Below, piece by piece: positions 12,967-27,450 of a DNA stretch of 64,000 nucleotides. The translations under genes and the position numbers were made by a program. The notes beneath the pieces were generated by a model that worked only from the letters and a program-made list of their open reading frames with translations, had not been told where the DNA came from and made no database searches. Source of the stretch: Tubulanus polymorphus (Eukaryota > Animalia > Nemertea); the NCBI RefSeq assembly GCF_964204645.1, contig NC_134029.1, forward strand, positions 14,224,850-14,288,849. The letters are read 5' to 3'. Position 1 is the first letter of the stretch; each line of letters opens with the position of its first letter.

Positions 12967-15900
12967 CAACCGTCTGAGAAGATTATGAATTTTACAAATT
13001 CGTTTCCAGCATTTTCAATGAGTGAGTCGTAAGCTTTTCGAAAGCAGTGTTCAACCGCATGTGATTAATTTCATCAGATATAATGATAAATGCTTGTCGC
13101 ACGGCGGTTTCGGAATTCCGTAATTTATAGTACACAACGCACGAGTGTAATGTAACTTTTCTTAATGTCTTTATCCAATAATACGCCACGCTTTGTAATG
13201 AGAGAATATTTAAGTCGCCTCATGTTTTTCGCAGTGATTTCCACGTGATAATTGTGATAGCCGACTCCTCTTAAGACTGTGTCAGTTATCGGGTTCTGTC
13301 TTAAAGACAATGAATGTCAGTAGGGAAACTCACCGTCTGAGATTACTGTGAAACCGTGAGAAATAGTCCGTGCGATAAATTAAGTAGAACATATATTTAA
13401 TGATATATTGCAGATCATCAACCAATTAGGTCGAATGAAAACCAGAGGATGACTCTGATTTGAATCACAAGTTGAGATTATTTGAACATAAATTCATGAT
13501 AGATTATTTACTATTCTTCAATATCATTCAATATCATGTGGAGTTTAACATAGATGTAGTTGACAAATCATTCAATCAATAAACATTAAGGTACAAAATA
13601 CACAGACTAATCACAATTTACCACCAAAATTACCTTATTTTCCGGAAAGGAATTAAATCAAACCCCTAGCCATTTTGACTGAGGACAACTCAAAAATCTA
13701 TCATTATAAGTAACAACGATAGGGTAGTTTTACCACAGATCCAGCCCAAGAAATGTGTCTTTTTTAGACTAAAGATCAAATATCATTAACTCACCACTCA
13801 CCTGCGATAAATAAAGTAGGACATGCATTTGATGATATATATTTATTTACAGATCATCAACTGATTAGGCCGAATGAAAACCATAGAAAGACACTCATTT
13901 AAATCACATGTGTCAAACTCATAACTTGCTACTCTCAGAGATGGCGCCACAAGCTGGACGATAGTAGACAGCTGAACCGACGAAATTATAAATTAAAACC
14001 CACAAACAACTACTTTTGTGCCTACCACATACTCCCCTCAGTTCAAAAATATCGTCTCCGATATTACATCAGAACAAACAAAAACAAAGGATGAAAAACC
14101 CTGAAACAAACTCTCCAGCTCGAAACCTTATTATTACAAAACATAAACGACAGTTTTTTTCAGCAGTTTGTAACCAGATAAATCTTACCATTCACGACAA
14201 GTTAAAACTTTACTGACAGATATTTCTTTACTGACGGATCCCCATTTTCCTCATCTGTTATGTTATCTTCAGGAATACCCTGGAAATTGCTGGTGGATAT
14301 TAACACGAAACCATCTTCATCTTCCTCATCTGCGACCTCCTCAGTTTCCAACCGAGTAAAAACCTGTTTTTCTTTCATCCTCGTTCCTCAGTGAAACAGC
14401 GAGTGGCAAAAGCTTGTTCCGATGGACAGTTTTTCTAACCTTTCCATCTAACGACTTGATATGGAAAACTGGAATATCAGAGTTCACCTGATCCTTGACG
14501 ATATAGGGTCCAGATTCCCATTTATCTGCAAGTTTATGTCGTTCCCTAAAACCTTCCCGTTCAACAAGACAACATCTCCAACATTGAGTTCAGCTCCTTT
14601 GGACTTCCTATCATTGAACTCTTTCCTTTTCTCACCTCGCTCCGTGAGACGGTCAGCCGCTAATTACCAGCCTAGATCTCACCATCCCTCCAACTGTTTC
14701 ACATATTCCGTTGTGGAGGTTGGTAAATCAGGACTCGACCACCCGTAACGTCTATCAACAGGTAAGCTAGGTTGTCGTCCATACATCAAAAAGAATGGTT
14801 TGTAACCAGAAGACTTATGTGGGGTACAGTTGTACGCGTAGACTAGAGGATCCACAAAATCTTTCCTTTTCTTTTCCGGAGGAAGACTTGACAATAGACT
14901 TATTAACGTTTGGTTAAATATCTCTACTGCTCCGTTTTCAAGTGGGTGATAAGGTGTTGTTCTAGTCTTCTTTGTCCCCAATTAACTCACACAGCTCTTT
15001 TATGACTTTCCTCTCAAATCCGGGTCCTTGATCTGAATGAAGCTGGGCAGGTGCTCCAAATTTGGTGATGATCTCGAGTACTCTAGTTGTGGTCTTAGCC
15101 AATTCATTTTAGTGGGAACAAAAAACTCAAATTTTATAAAATGATCAGTCATCACTAGAGCTCTTTCATAACCGGACGATGGCTCTAGTGATAAGTAATC
15201 AATGCATAATACCTCCATCGGATATGATGACTGTATCGAAACTAGAGGTGCGATTTGGATGGGAGTAGATGATTTTGATAATACACGACAACCTCGTAGA
15301 TACTCCTCTATGTCATTCCGCATTCCTGGCCAGAAACATCTCATTTGAACAAGCACAAGCATCTTGTCTCTGACAGGGTGTCCAAGTTGGTCATGAAGCA
15401 CCTCTAAAACATTCCTAACCTCCGGTTGAGGTAACCACACTTTCAACTCCTGCCCATGAATCCTGCTATAAACAATATCATTCTTGTCCTCGAGTGACTT
15501 GAACACTCGACTGATACAATATTCTGCTGGGCTGTCAGCACGGAATTTCCTTTTGTGTAGGATACAATTCCTCACTCGCTGGATTACAGGATCAGCCCCT
15601 TGAAGCTCTACCATGTCACTTCCCTGAAACGTAGTCAACTCTTGCGGCGAACTGAGGGTGGACATCTGGCATACAGCGAGACTACATCCGAGGCGACCCT
15701 GTTATTCGGGCTTTTTAAGAGTGCATCAGCATCGACCGTCTTCCCACTCTAATACTCAAGTTCCAGGTCATACACGGAAAGCGCCTGCAACCACTGATGT
15801 CCCGTGGCGTCAAGTTTCGCACTCTTAAAGACATAGCTAAGGGGATTATTGTTGGTCCTTACAAGGGATTTCGTACCATACAAGTACTTGTGAAATTTCT

Positions 15901-16860
15901 CAGTCACGCCCCATTTAAGCATGAGGAACTCCAGCTTATGAGTAGGATATCGCCGCTCCGATACATTCAACCCGCGACTGGCATATATTATCAATAAAAA
16001 CAAGACATTCACGTAAATTAATGTCAGCAAGGACCCTCTCCATTATTGCTGGAAAGTCGACGGAGCATTGGTTAAACAAAAAGGCATAACATTAAATTCC
16101 CAGGTGGAGTAACAGGATTCGTCAAAACTGGCTGCACCGTGTCAACCGACTCGGCCATACATACCTTTGTACGTGCTGTGACAGGGTGACAACCAATGTT
16201 CCGAACACACTTAGTCTGTTACATCGAACCGAAGCGACTTTGTTAATGGTTGGAACTAACACCAGCGTGGATCCAGGCAGTGAAGCCTTTTCAGAGCTAC
16301 ATGTCGTCATCTCTCCTGAATCTCCACAGATGCCTCGAACAATGCCCTTTATAAGTATGTGTCACATAGGCTGCACTGTTGTTTCGGCAGTCGTCCGCAC
16401 CTCCATGGTAGCCGATGATAAACACCTTTTGGCGGTTGCAACGGGATTTTCCCCTTTTAAATCGTTACCGTTGGATAACGCCTAAAACATTCATTCCAAT
16501 GACGACAGACACGGTTTTACTGTACTTGGTTTCAGCTGTAACTAGGACGAACGCATTAATCGTCTGCTGATTGATTATCATATCCAGCTTGACAGCTCCA
16601 TAGTATGGAAGTTCACCTCCACATACGGTTTTAACATCGAGTAAATTCTGAACTGGATACATTTTCACGTCCTTCATACGATTTAGAAATTCAATAGAAA
16701 ATGTAGTCACTTGCGCCCCAGTGTCATCTAACGCAATGCATTTATCTCTGTTGACTACAATTTCCGTCTTATTCGCTTGACGTACTAATTTTATTCGGCC
16801 TGACTTCTGGGCCTGAGGCCAGGCTCCCACGGGTTTCCCGCATGAGTACAATGATGTAAA
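12967..16860 (-). mobile_element. Decayed Ty3/Gypsy element (protease, RNase H, integrase, PPT, 3' LTR)
   Basis: ALDDTGAQVT protease; ERRYPTHKLEFLMLKWGVTEKFHKYLYG RNase H; H-x4-H zinc-binding region, CIDYL and TTPYHPLENGAVE integrase; purine tract GAGGGGAGTA then TGTGG at 14030. Confidence 0.9.
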
Positions 16861-16866
16861 TAATGA

Positions 16867-17219
16867 TCGACAAGTCGCCATATTTATGTCGACATATCAC
16901 GATATATCACGTCAAGTCGATATGAATATGTCGACTTATTGTGACGTTTTCGCGACAAATTTCGTTTTTTCATCCATTTTCCACCTGACAAGCCGTCATT
17001 TGAAGACACGTCAAATATTAGATGAGGACACAAGTAATATGTCGACTAAGACGACTATATGAATATGTCGACTCATGAATATGTCGACTCATGAATATGT
17101 CGACTTGTTGTAAGGAAAGTGGTTCGAGATACGAAATATGTCGTCAAAACATCACGATATGTCGACATATTCATGTCGAATTGACGCGATATATCGACAT
17201 AAATATAGCGACTTGTCGA
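16867..17219. mobile_element. Foldback/MITE with ~110-bp GTCGAC-rich TIRs
   Basis: TCGACAAGTCGCCATATTTATGTCGA... mirrored by ...TCGACATAAATATAGCGACTTGTCGA. Confidence 0.7.
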
Positions 17220-17269
17220 ATTGGAACGCAACAACTGTGGCCCTTTATGGCTTCTGTAACTTTCTGTTT

Positions 17270-18700
17270 AAACAATAAACTTTTTCATTCCGTCTAAAAA
17301 ATTTGTTCGAATAAAAGGCTATGTTATTGTTCGAACGAAAAACTCTTTGTCCCGACAAAAAAATTTGTTCAGAGAAAACATTTCTGTTTGAATTAGGCTA
17401 TGTTATTGTTCGAACGAAAAATAGTTTGTGCCGACGTAAAAATTTGTTGAGCGAAAACTTTTGTTTGAACGAATGTTGGAATGAGAACAATTCTGTTTCG
17501 ATCGAACGAAGATTACTCTTTATAACGAAAAGACTATTTAGTTCCACGAAAATTTGTTTCTTTGGAATGAAAAACACTTTGATCGAATAAACTTGTTCGA
17601 ACAAAAAACTTCTTGTTACGACAAGAAAATTTTGTTCGAATGAGAGAATTCTGTTCTTTCGAACAATATACTTTCTGTTCACTCGATCTGATTCCTGATT
17701 TATCGATCTGAAGATAGCTTAACCGGCTACTAGCCTATTTAGGCCTACATGTCCTTGCATCCGGACAGTAGGGCCTTAGGCCTATTGCACTTCGGCCCTC
17801 CTAAACATCGTATTCCTACTAGCAGGGGACGGTCTCTGGGGTATTGAATTCGTAAAATCAATTTCGTTTTCAGATTATGAAGAAACAAATCTTTTGTACT
17901 ACGCGTCGCAGAAATTTGGCTGGATTTTTTATTGCAAAGTTTGTTTGAAGTTCAATCCATGAGTCCGTAAATAATCACAGCACTTATTTGTTTGAAACAG
18001 TAAAGCTCAGTAGGCCTAAAGGTCGCATAGAACTCAATAAACACTTCAAGCGACCTCGAAACGATCTAAGTCACTAACTCCAAATATCAAGCGTGAGTCC
18101 AGCTAACGGAAGAGAATGGGTGATATACAAGTATTATTTAGCAAATATTCTGTGGATTTGATAAAGATTGGTACTGTAGGAAAAATAGAATATATATAAA
18201 TGGTTGAAGCCCATGGTTGAATCACTGGTAGTTATAAATTCATTTATTTTGATAACTCGTCACCGCAACAGCTTTTTTCTGCTGCATCAGGGAGTAATAA
18301 ATCTGTGTGTACTCCTGATTTGATTCTCATGGTGAGGAGAAACTCACAGCGGATCCCCGGAATAAGGAAAGCATGAAATATTTCCCTACAATGAGGTCAA
18401 TTATAAACGAATGAATGTAATATAAAGAATATTGTTCATGAACTAACCTCTGACAAAATAGAACGCAAGTGATATTTCAACACCAGTTTATTGTAAGGCA
18501 ACTAAATTCAAACTGCGGAAATTGCCGCGAAAAACAGATGGCGCTACAAGCTAGACATACGTCACCAATAGATAAATTATTAAGAATCGACTACCACTAA
18601 GTGGTCTGCTCTTCAGTCCTGATAAATGATTTACAGAGTAATCTGAAATGTACAGGACCGAGTAAATTTCCAAAACGACCTTAACAAGTTTAATTAATAA
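17270..18700 (+). repeat. Degenerate HINE family 2 internal segments with TTGTTCGAAC-rich minisatellite
   Basis: 17270-17680 resembles 39150-39550; 18020-18360 resembles 50460-50935; GACCGAGTAAATTTCCAAAACGACCTTAAC is shared with 46563. Confidence 0.6.
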
Positions 18701-18868
18701 AATACAAGTTTCATTAATGATGAAAAACTTCAAATGAAAAACTCTGGTTGATAAAGCTTGCGCAGATGAATGCTAACAGCTTTTAAAAAGAAATCTTCAT
18801 TTTAGACCATGTAGGCCTACGTATGCGCAGCGTAGGCCTAGCATCCGGAAGAGGAGGCTTAGGCCTAT

Positions 18869-20640
18869 TGTCACTCAAGGACAATTAAAGCAGGAAAACG
18901 ACAAGCAAAACGACAATGAAAAAATTTCTGTTGACTGTGCGAGATGACTCTTTTTTATGGCTGACCTTAAAACGAGTACATATACAAAATACGCAAGCGT
19001 AGAGCCGAAGCCTGTCGGGAAAACTAATAAAACGAAAACTGACATCCAAAATATCTGAGATATTCCCGAAACACTCCGGCTCCACGATGTTGCAACACAC
19101 CGTCGGTTTTTTATGACAGATCTTTTAAATGCGACTGAATTTTAATTAATTCATTATAGCCTTGATGGCTGCAGCATGCCGAGGTCTAGATGGAATGTCC
19201 CTCGGCTGTTTGGTGTCATTGATTAATGAGTTTACGTCCTGACACATGATTTCCAATGGAACCAGTTTCGAAATTGGGTGGTTGGTATAACCCTGGTTTG
19301 TTTTTATACCCGCGACACCTACGATTCCGTGTGTTCCAGGATGTAAGCGCACTACAATGGCTAGTTTCCACGATAAATGATTGTTATTCGTCGACACACA
19401 CAAGTGGGCTTCTAACGCATTTCTCTGTTCTAACTCATGCTAGAATCTATTTGGAAGTATCGTGCTTTTAATTTTTGTCTAAACTATCCTCAGTGCTATG
19501 GGTCCGTGCCTGGGCCAATTGGCAGATGTTTGTTGTCAAAAGCACAAAAAATCAATCACTCAGGGACTTGTAGGGTTATATACGGCCACAACTACCGGCC
19601 GCACCGCTTCCGTCGGCCTTGAGGCTCCTGTCATCTGTATCTCATTGTTTGTAATTGAATTTGTTATTATTAATTTTGTACATATTCATGGTGACAGATA
19701 AACTATCTATCTATCTATCCAAGTGGATCGTAGATTTTTTTGAACAATATCGCGCTTAGTTCCCGTAACTGATATTGGTATGACGCTGATTGGTTTGTTG
19801 GTCGAAACATCTTGAAAAACGTTCCAGCTCTGACCTAAGACATTGACGACGGTTATATTTTCAACAACCCCATCATCATCAGCTAACGACATGACGGCTG
19901 GACTGTTACTACTGAACGGACGCAAATAAAAATGTCCTTTACCTAATAGCGCGCACGATTCGCGATAGAATTCCTTCACAGATGGCTTTGACGTACTTAC
20001 AATAACGTTGTCCACATGCGTACAGTTTTTAATCGTCTCAGAGATCATCAAGGGGTTAGATGCTAAATGCTTAAGTACTGTAGCATTCAAGATGGACTGC
20101 ACGTAGCCCCGAATAACACGACATTAAATTGGTATAATATTAATTCACTGGTGATATCATCTGGATCTTTCAATCACAAGAACGGTGGTGAAATCGCAAG
20201 ACCGCTAGACCGAGACGGAACTGCAGCAATATACGTGTAATATCATCATGCAACGCAGGACCAGGAAGTAAGCAGTCGTTGAGACTCGGGGAAGTCAGTG
20301 ACGCGGAACAACTGCAGTCATATATGATCCGAAGCGGAATGGTAGCCAAATGGCGAAATACTGCGTGATGACACAAATAATGACAGTTTTTGGTACTCAG
20401 TTCTTCTTCGGGGACTCTACTGACGAAACCACGGTTTTCTTGAACACAAATAATGTCGCCATACAGTTTAAGATAACCAGCTCGCGACCCTGCGAATTGT
20501 AGAACGAGTATGGCCAACGCACAAATTGTAGTTCGTAGGCAAATACAGAAAATCTGACTTCCACTGCAGTCTAGCTGTATATTGATGACCGTCATACTCA
20601 ATAGTGTCAACGTACTGATCGAGTTGTAATGCTAAATTCC
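18869..20640 (-). mobile_element. Decayed BEL/Pao LTR retrotransposon
   Basis: HYLCHHAVFR...LRIIYDCS...SLNDCLLPGPAL RT motif; WKLAIVVRLHPGTHGIV...ISKLVPLE integrase C-terminus; probable LTR near 18869-19096. Confidence 0.88.
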
Positions 20641-21059
20641 TCTGCGGTTGAGGGTTCAGGGGCGATTTAGACCGTGTCGACCGTGTCGCCCGACACGGTC
20701 TGAATTTTAAAGTGCCTTTTTATTTTTTCTCTGTATCAAAATTTGCCGTTGTAACCACCTGAGATACACAATAGATATTTTTCCTAAATATATAACCTAT
20801 GTTTCTTGACTAAATGCCTCTCAGAGATGCTCAGAAAGCTCCAAAATCATAGTAAAATTTCAAAAATTTTGCCGATATGCCTTTCAGCCCTAAATTAAGA
20901 ATATATGCCCTTTTTATTGGTTGACATGGTCACAACATCATCTTTTCTAATTCCTGCTTCGAAACATTACTGGTGGGTTGATCAATGTAAACAATTTGTG
21001 TAAGTATCTTGAAAAGTATCTTGAAAAGCATCTTGAAAGTTTTTTACATCGAACTTATG

Positions 21060-21745
21060 CTTTCTTATTCATAAAAGAGCATAAGTTAGATGTAAAAAAC
21101 TTTAAACCTGAAAACGGAGTTGCTCGTCATGTATTTCAGACTTCACACAATTTTGATTTCGCTAATGCTGAATTAATTTACCCTTGCAGCGATAAAACTA
21201 AAAGAAATATTTTGGAATCTGCATTAATAATTGAAAATTCGAACAACGTTGTAAACCTTAACAATGGTTTTTCACCCCATAATAAACTTATATCTAAATT
21301 CCTCTGTAAACTGGTTAAACTCAACACTTGATTCCCTTTGATTATTTGTTATTTGCTCTCTCATCTATTTTAGTCTCTCAACTTGTATTCACCATTGTTT
21401 TAATTTAAGTGCCCACTAGTTTGTCTTTTTACTACTGATTTCATAGTTCTAATTTATATTTATACTCACTATTGTTGTTTATAATTACCCCTTAGTTTGC
21501 TTCCCTTTAATCTTTTTTAGCGTGTAACTGTTTCTACGTTAATTTTCCTTTAGTTTGTATCATCTCTGATTACTTGAATTAGTCTCTTTGTCTCTGGATT
21601 GTATATATATATCTCATAATTTTTGTAGTATCTCATTCTTCCTGAAGATGACTATTAGGATATAGTCGAAACGTTGAAATAAACTACTATCTCGAAGTTT
21701 CATTTTCGGACTTTTTCGTTATAATTGTGGGATTCTCTCTACATC
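21060..21745 (+). mobile_element. Penelope-like element 3' end (GIY-YIG C-terminal part plus pseudo-LTR)
   Basis: EHKLDV...GVARHVFQTSHNFDF...RNILESALI...NVVNLNNG is typical of the PLE endonuclease; T-rich tail and CTGAAGATG...CGAAACGTT motif follow. Confidence 0.85.
21625..21690 (+). ncRNA. Minimal hammerhead ribozyme motif of Penelope pLTR
   Basis: CTGAAGA (21642-21648), stem GACTAT/ATAGTC with a 6-nt loop, GAAAC followed by the palindromic AACGTT. Confidence 0.7.
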
Positions 21746-21749
21746 GCGT

Positions 21750-23854
21750 CAACACGGATATAGTGTTCTATCAATCGCGGTCTAAGAGTATAGATGTACG
21801 TGTTGAACCATTAAGGATACCAGAGCAGTAAAGCCCAGTGTCTCTCAAATCGACACGACGCACCATTTTCTCAGCCACGGGGCAGCTCGGACCTATTCAC
21901 ACATCTGGCCGGTCAGTTGTTATTGTGGTTAAGACCGTATCTTCATGTGACTTTACAAACAGAGAGTTACCTGGGCACGGAGGTAAAATATTTGAAACTG
22001 TCCCCTGCCTCAGAGGAGAACCATCCGAAATTACATCACCCGGTTGACCGACCAACAGTGAGGTATCTGGGTAAGGAGTTAAAACATTTGAAGTTGCCTG
22101 CTTTTCCAGATATGTACGACCTGTCGTGTCGGTTCCACCAAGAATTTCGTTCCCAACAATTTCCCTTACGCAAGGTCTAATGAACTATTTACAATTATTG
22201 AACTACTTACAATTTGGGCTCTATCATGCACGGAATCGTTAACGGGTGAAGGAACACTTTTCTGTATTCTACGGTGTGGAGGCGATATTTCTCCATCATA
22301 TATGTGGAGGGTCTCTCTATTGGCGGCGATTCCCTTGCCCCCTGGAGGACCGCCTGTAATCGTTTCCCTGTTTCCCGGGGCAGCTCCTGGCATAGTGACC
22401 TCTACGAGAACATGTATGACATGTAACCTGCGGACATGTATCAGCTGTATGATCCGGTTCTCGACACCGCCAGCATGTGTTGTCCCTACCCTGGGAGTTG
22501 GCCTGAGTCTGCGTGTTAACCCTGGCCTCTAAACCGTCCATCCGAACATTCAAACCCTTGACGAGGCCCACAAGTTTCGAAAGTAGCTCATCCGTCTGAC
22601 TGGCCTTCACCTCATTTACATGTCAAGGAGGGGGTCTGGACTCGTGTCTCTCAGTCAGGCGCCGTGCAGTCTCATGACCTCGAGCCAATGACACAGCCTC
22701 CGATAGAGACTGTGGCTGAGCCACGTACAACTGCTCCCTAACACTCGAGGGTACCGCCACACCTGCCTAGTATTGGTCATGTGCCAACTCATCCTGCAAA
22801 CTGTGGTCAACCCCTGGGTACGCCCTCTGTGCGAGTTCTGTCAATGCATCCGCGTAGTGCCCGAGGTTTTCTTGGGGTTTCTGCTCTCGAGATTTCAACA
22901 TCATTTTGAAATCTGAAGCTGACCGTGTCAATGACAAACGGTCCTTTATCCCCTCAACGAAACTATTGTAATCCAGGGATGGGGCAAGACGGAGGTTTTA
23001 ACTGCCTGGTATGACTCATGGTCCAGGTACGTTAGCAAATGTTGTTTCTTAAGCTCACTACTACATACACTGGACAATGTGCAGTAGCTCTCAAAACGCT
23101 CCAACCAGATGGAAAAATAATGCCCCATACTGTAATTTTGGGGCACAGAACTTTTACCCGGGCATCCTCCCTGGTCCCTGATGGCTACTCAGATTCCCTT
23201 TTTATGCTACGTGAGACATATTGGGTAATCGAACTTAAAAAGTCATCCAAACCTGTAGTTGGGTGGACCCCTTCCTGGGCCGCACCTGGTTGGCCTGCAT
23301 CCGGGTCAGAGTGAGACATTTCTAATTGTGAAAATATTGTACGTATATACCAAACAAAAACTGAATTAAAATAAAATTCCAAAAGTTATTTTATGAACCT
23401 ATCAACCTATGTGCAAAACTGTAGTTAGTGTCTGAAATTATTCGCGCTATATTGAAGCAAGCGTATAACAACGGTATAACTACTGAAGAGTATCCGCGAT
23501 ACCGCAGTCGTAAGGAAGTAGGTCAGACAGACTACTCACGCGCACGCTTCTCGAAAAACAAAGGGTTGCGATTCAACTCAATAATATGGCCCTAAGGCTC
23601 TCTAATCCCATTAACCCTGCCACCAGTGTAACAATCCTGTCTTCTAAATCTCTAATACCACCTTCAAGGATGATTTACGCTCCGACCATAGGCTATAAAG
23701 GGGCAATTTATCCCGAACAAAAGAACAACGAACTTACTCGGACAATGGTTCCACTTCTAAGAGACCGCACCTAGCGGTGATTTATTACACTATACATTAC
23801 ACTAATTATCGACGGAAAACTACATACATAATAACGGGTACGAGACCCGTTACA
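21750..23854 (-). mobile_element. Gypsy 5' part: LTR 23627-23854, PBS, gag with two CCHC knuckles
   Basis: TGTAAC...GTTACA LTR; TGGTGGCAG PBS adjacent on the minus strand; CWRCREPDHTADTC and CHTCSRRGHYARSC. Confidence 0.88.
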
Positions 23855-26780
23855 AATCGCCCGTAAATATGCTAATCCATTTGCAGCTACAGAGAAGAGC
23901 CAACTTCTTCATGGAAAGACCATCCCCAATATCAGTCATATGGTTGAAAAGGTACAATTTAATCAGTAAAACAGTCGAAATTAAACTATTGTATCACAAC
24001 TGTTGAACAACTGTTTCCAATTAAAACTTGTGGGTACCATAACAGCACTCAGAACCTCTTTTTCAGTAATTTTTTCTGGCTGAAAGTATATGTTTCATTT
24101 TTCAGGTGTATGCAAACTAATTTACAACTTGAGGAAATATGACGGATGTATTTGCTGCCTAAATTGATAATGAAAAATGTCCATTTTGTGGACACATAAA
24201 TATATAATAACCTCTTTATTACTAAAAGGTTAAATACAAACTCTATAAACATTCAATGGGTGAATGAACACTCCTCCTTGGGTTTTTGCACGGTAGTGTT
24301 AAACAAGAAAATTAATTTTAGAAAATTATTTGATGCCTGGGGAAAAAATGTAGAATTTCTGGGCTAAGCTAATGTGGAATTGCAAATTTGAAATCGAAGT
24401 TTTAAGAAATTTGGGGAATGATGAGATTTGGCGATTGGGTAGATGATACAGGTCTTCGACTCTAGTAGTGGTTTAAATTTTTTTATTGAAAATTCTCAAT
24501 AATTGATCGCGAACTTGCGACCGACTTCATTTACTTATGCCTCTAAGCTGGTCTGCAACTTCATTGCCTCCATGGATGAAGAAAGAGCTCTTCTGATGTC
24601 TGCTTCATCATGACTTCGAGCATATCGTGTGGCCTAGCCAGCCAGCCCGGGCCACGGGTTTGGCTGTCACTCGATATCCTAGAGTCTTGAGTCTGGGTGG
24701 GTTGAAGTAGACATTGTCATTTAAAATAACATGCTTATGTTGTTCTGTATGAATTAACCGTGTGTCATGTATGTTGTATTAATTTATTTTAAAATTTGTA
24801 TTTATTGAATTTGGGAATTTTATCCCGGAATTTCAATGTAATAAGGATCAATAAAGAATTGAATTGAATTGTCACCTAATACACATGCCATCAGAGGACA
24901 CGGAGCCGTATATGACAGCTATGCTATTATAAATTGCTAATCTCACGAAACTTGCATACTCCTAATATCAAACATATTTTCTAAAACGTTTGAATATTGA
25001 AATTATATGTTTACACATTTTCATATTGACCGCTTGTAGCCGCTGATGAAATTCACGCTTGCCCTACACACATCGTAGATAGCTTCGTCATTCCACCGGC
25101 ATGCCCACGTCAGGGTCTGACTTTTATATCAGACTTCCGCGTCGTGTATACATCCGCCATTTAACCGAATAATCCGATTTACTTATCATTTCTATTTATG
25201 CCTGCCGCTTCTGATATAATCATACATCCTTTACTATTACAATACGTCTTCTAATGATATTCAATGCAATATAACATTTCGACGTTCAAATATAGGTCAT
25301 TATATAATCACAGGAAGCCATTCTACATCTATGTCAATAATATTTTGCCAGATAGCTTGTTTGTGTACACATAAACCAATGACGTTTTGCACATCGATTT
25401 ACGGCTGTCGTTTGTAAAATGACGCTGAATGGTTAGCATTGTTTAGGTTTCATAATGGTAACGTTTTATAAGGCGTCAAAAAAATCTGATGGACATGTAT
25501 TTTTAACACGTGTATGACATGTATTTCTAACACATGGTTCTATCAGAATTTACACGTGGTTCTTTCTGTTCTGAGAATATTTCTATTAATGAATACAGTT
25601 TTGTTCTTACTCCAAAAATGCATTTTATGACCATATGTATTTTCTGAAAATGCAGTGGTGACAATGTATTTTCATACATGAAAATACATTTTATTTTATT
25701 TTCTGAAGGGATTGGCCGATACACTTATAGTATGCCACTATGTACACTATTTTATGAAGTACAGTTTCCCTATGATAAATCGAAATAATTCTTTTTGTTA
25801 GTTATTTTCTTCAGCTGATGGGTATTGCCGTTGATGGCTTCAACCTCTGTAATCGCTCAAAGCACCACCTAATTTGGTAACCTAAACTAATATCCTACGT
25901 CGCCATATTTCAGGCTGTTGACAGCTACTTACAGCGTGTATCAGTTTAGTGACAAATCCGAAGCTATGCTGGAAATTCAATAATATGCAAGAAAAACATT
26001 TTTTCTGTCTCTCAAATGTCATAACTATTTCCCTAGAACTACAACTAAATGCACTACTCAGTGACGAGTGCAGCATGCTACTATATGCCTTGTGATCCAG
26101 GAAGAAAGCCACTAAATATTTGGATGGATATATGAAAGCTGTGGGTACTGGAGTGTGTAATGGGTAGTGTAGTGTGATCTGTGTGCATTTGTGGCCAGCA
26201 CACAGATCACATTGTTCATTGGGGTTTAGTCCAGGACTCGCGAGATTTTCAACAACACGGAAGTAACGTGTAATAAATGATGACTTGTTGCATGACTACC
26301 TACCACCCCTCATTATTGTTGGAAAAGTAAACGTTCCGCACTGACTAAAAATTAGTAATAATAATTAATAACATTTTAGAAATGGCCAGAATTTTAACTT
26401 AGGTTCTATCTCATTTTTATTTTACAATTGCGATTGGTATAATTTTTCTTTAAACGGCCGTTAAGGCTTCATGTTTCGTCTGCAATTCACTGCAAATAAT
26501 AACGCAACTACGCACATTTCAGTGTTTTTGGCAGCTGAACACTCAATCGGCACCGTTCGTGACTAGCTTCACTGCGGAATTATCATTAATTAACATCGCC
26601 ATATCACATCATCAACTTATATTGTACCTTAAAACCCTAACAGCCGAAATAATTGAAATGCACACACGATTTCTATCATTGAAAATTGAGAGAGTGGCCA
26701 TGTTTGTGTTCTGCTGCTTCGCGTAAATCCCGCGCGGTGGCGCCACCGCGCGGAGTGGGGCCGATACGTCCAGAACCAGG

Positions 26781-27005
26781 TCATATAAGAAAACAGGAAT
26801 GACTAAAGCCGGGAGTTCATGTGGCAGGATTTCAGCGTAAAGCCATGGGTGTCAGATGAACTATGCAATTTTTAGATTCCCTTGATTTTTACATTTAATC
26901 TCTGTCATATAAGGTAACAGGAATGACTAAAGCTGGGGGTTCATCTGACATGATTTCAGCATAGAGCCATGGGTGTCAGATGAACTATGCTATTTTGAGA
27001 TTCCC
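26781..27005. repeat. Two-copy direct repeat (~125 bp)
   Basis: ACAGGAATGACTAAAGC...GCCATGGGTGTCAGATGAACTATGC occurs twice. Confidence 0.8.
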
Positions 27006-27206
27006 GTATTTTACACAGAATCTCAGACTTTTAAACAAACGATCACTCATTATAGCAAAAATTTATTCAGAATGATAATCAAGTATTTATGAAACATTAT
27101 TTGTTGTTAAAAATAAAAAATATTGAGTGCTATTCGATCTTAAAAGAACCCAAAAAAGAGTTTATTAGTAAAAGTTTCTCAACTGCATATCTCATTTCAA
27201 TTGTAG

Positions 27207-27410
27207 GCATTATCTAGTCTGAAATCTGCTGAAGCTTCTCTCTCTGCTTCTAACAGTTCAAGGGAGCAACTTTTAAATAATTGTCGCAGTAGTGAACAAA
27301 ATCTAGATGAATTGAAAGGCCAACTGCATGAAGAGATCACCAACAGAAAACTGGCTGAGCAACTTCTCAGTAATATGAAAGTACATTTAGATGATAGCAT
27401 TGGACAAAAG
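27207..27410 (+). CDS. Coiled-coil host gene, exon 4 (ALSSLKSAEA...DDSIGQK)
   Basis: ttgtAG acceptor, AAG|GTGATT donor, 68 open codons, phase 0/0, coiled-coil composition. Confidence 0.85.
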
Positions 27411-27450
27411 GTGATTCAGAAATACCATAGAAATTCTCGGGATTATTGAG

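Noticed and set aside
27197-27400. Minus-strand ORF
   Set aside because: Shadow of the + strand exon 4.
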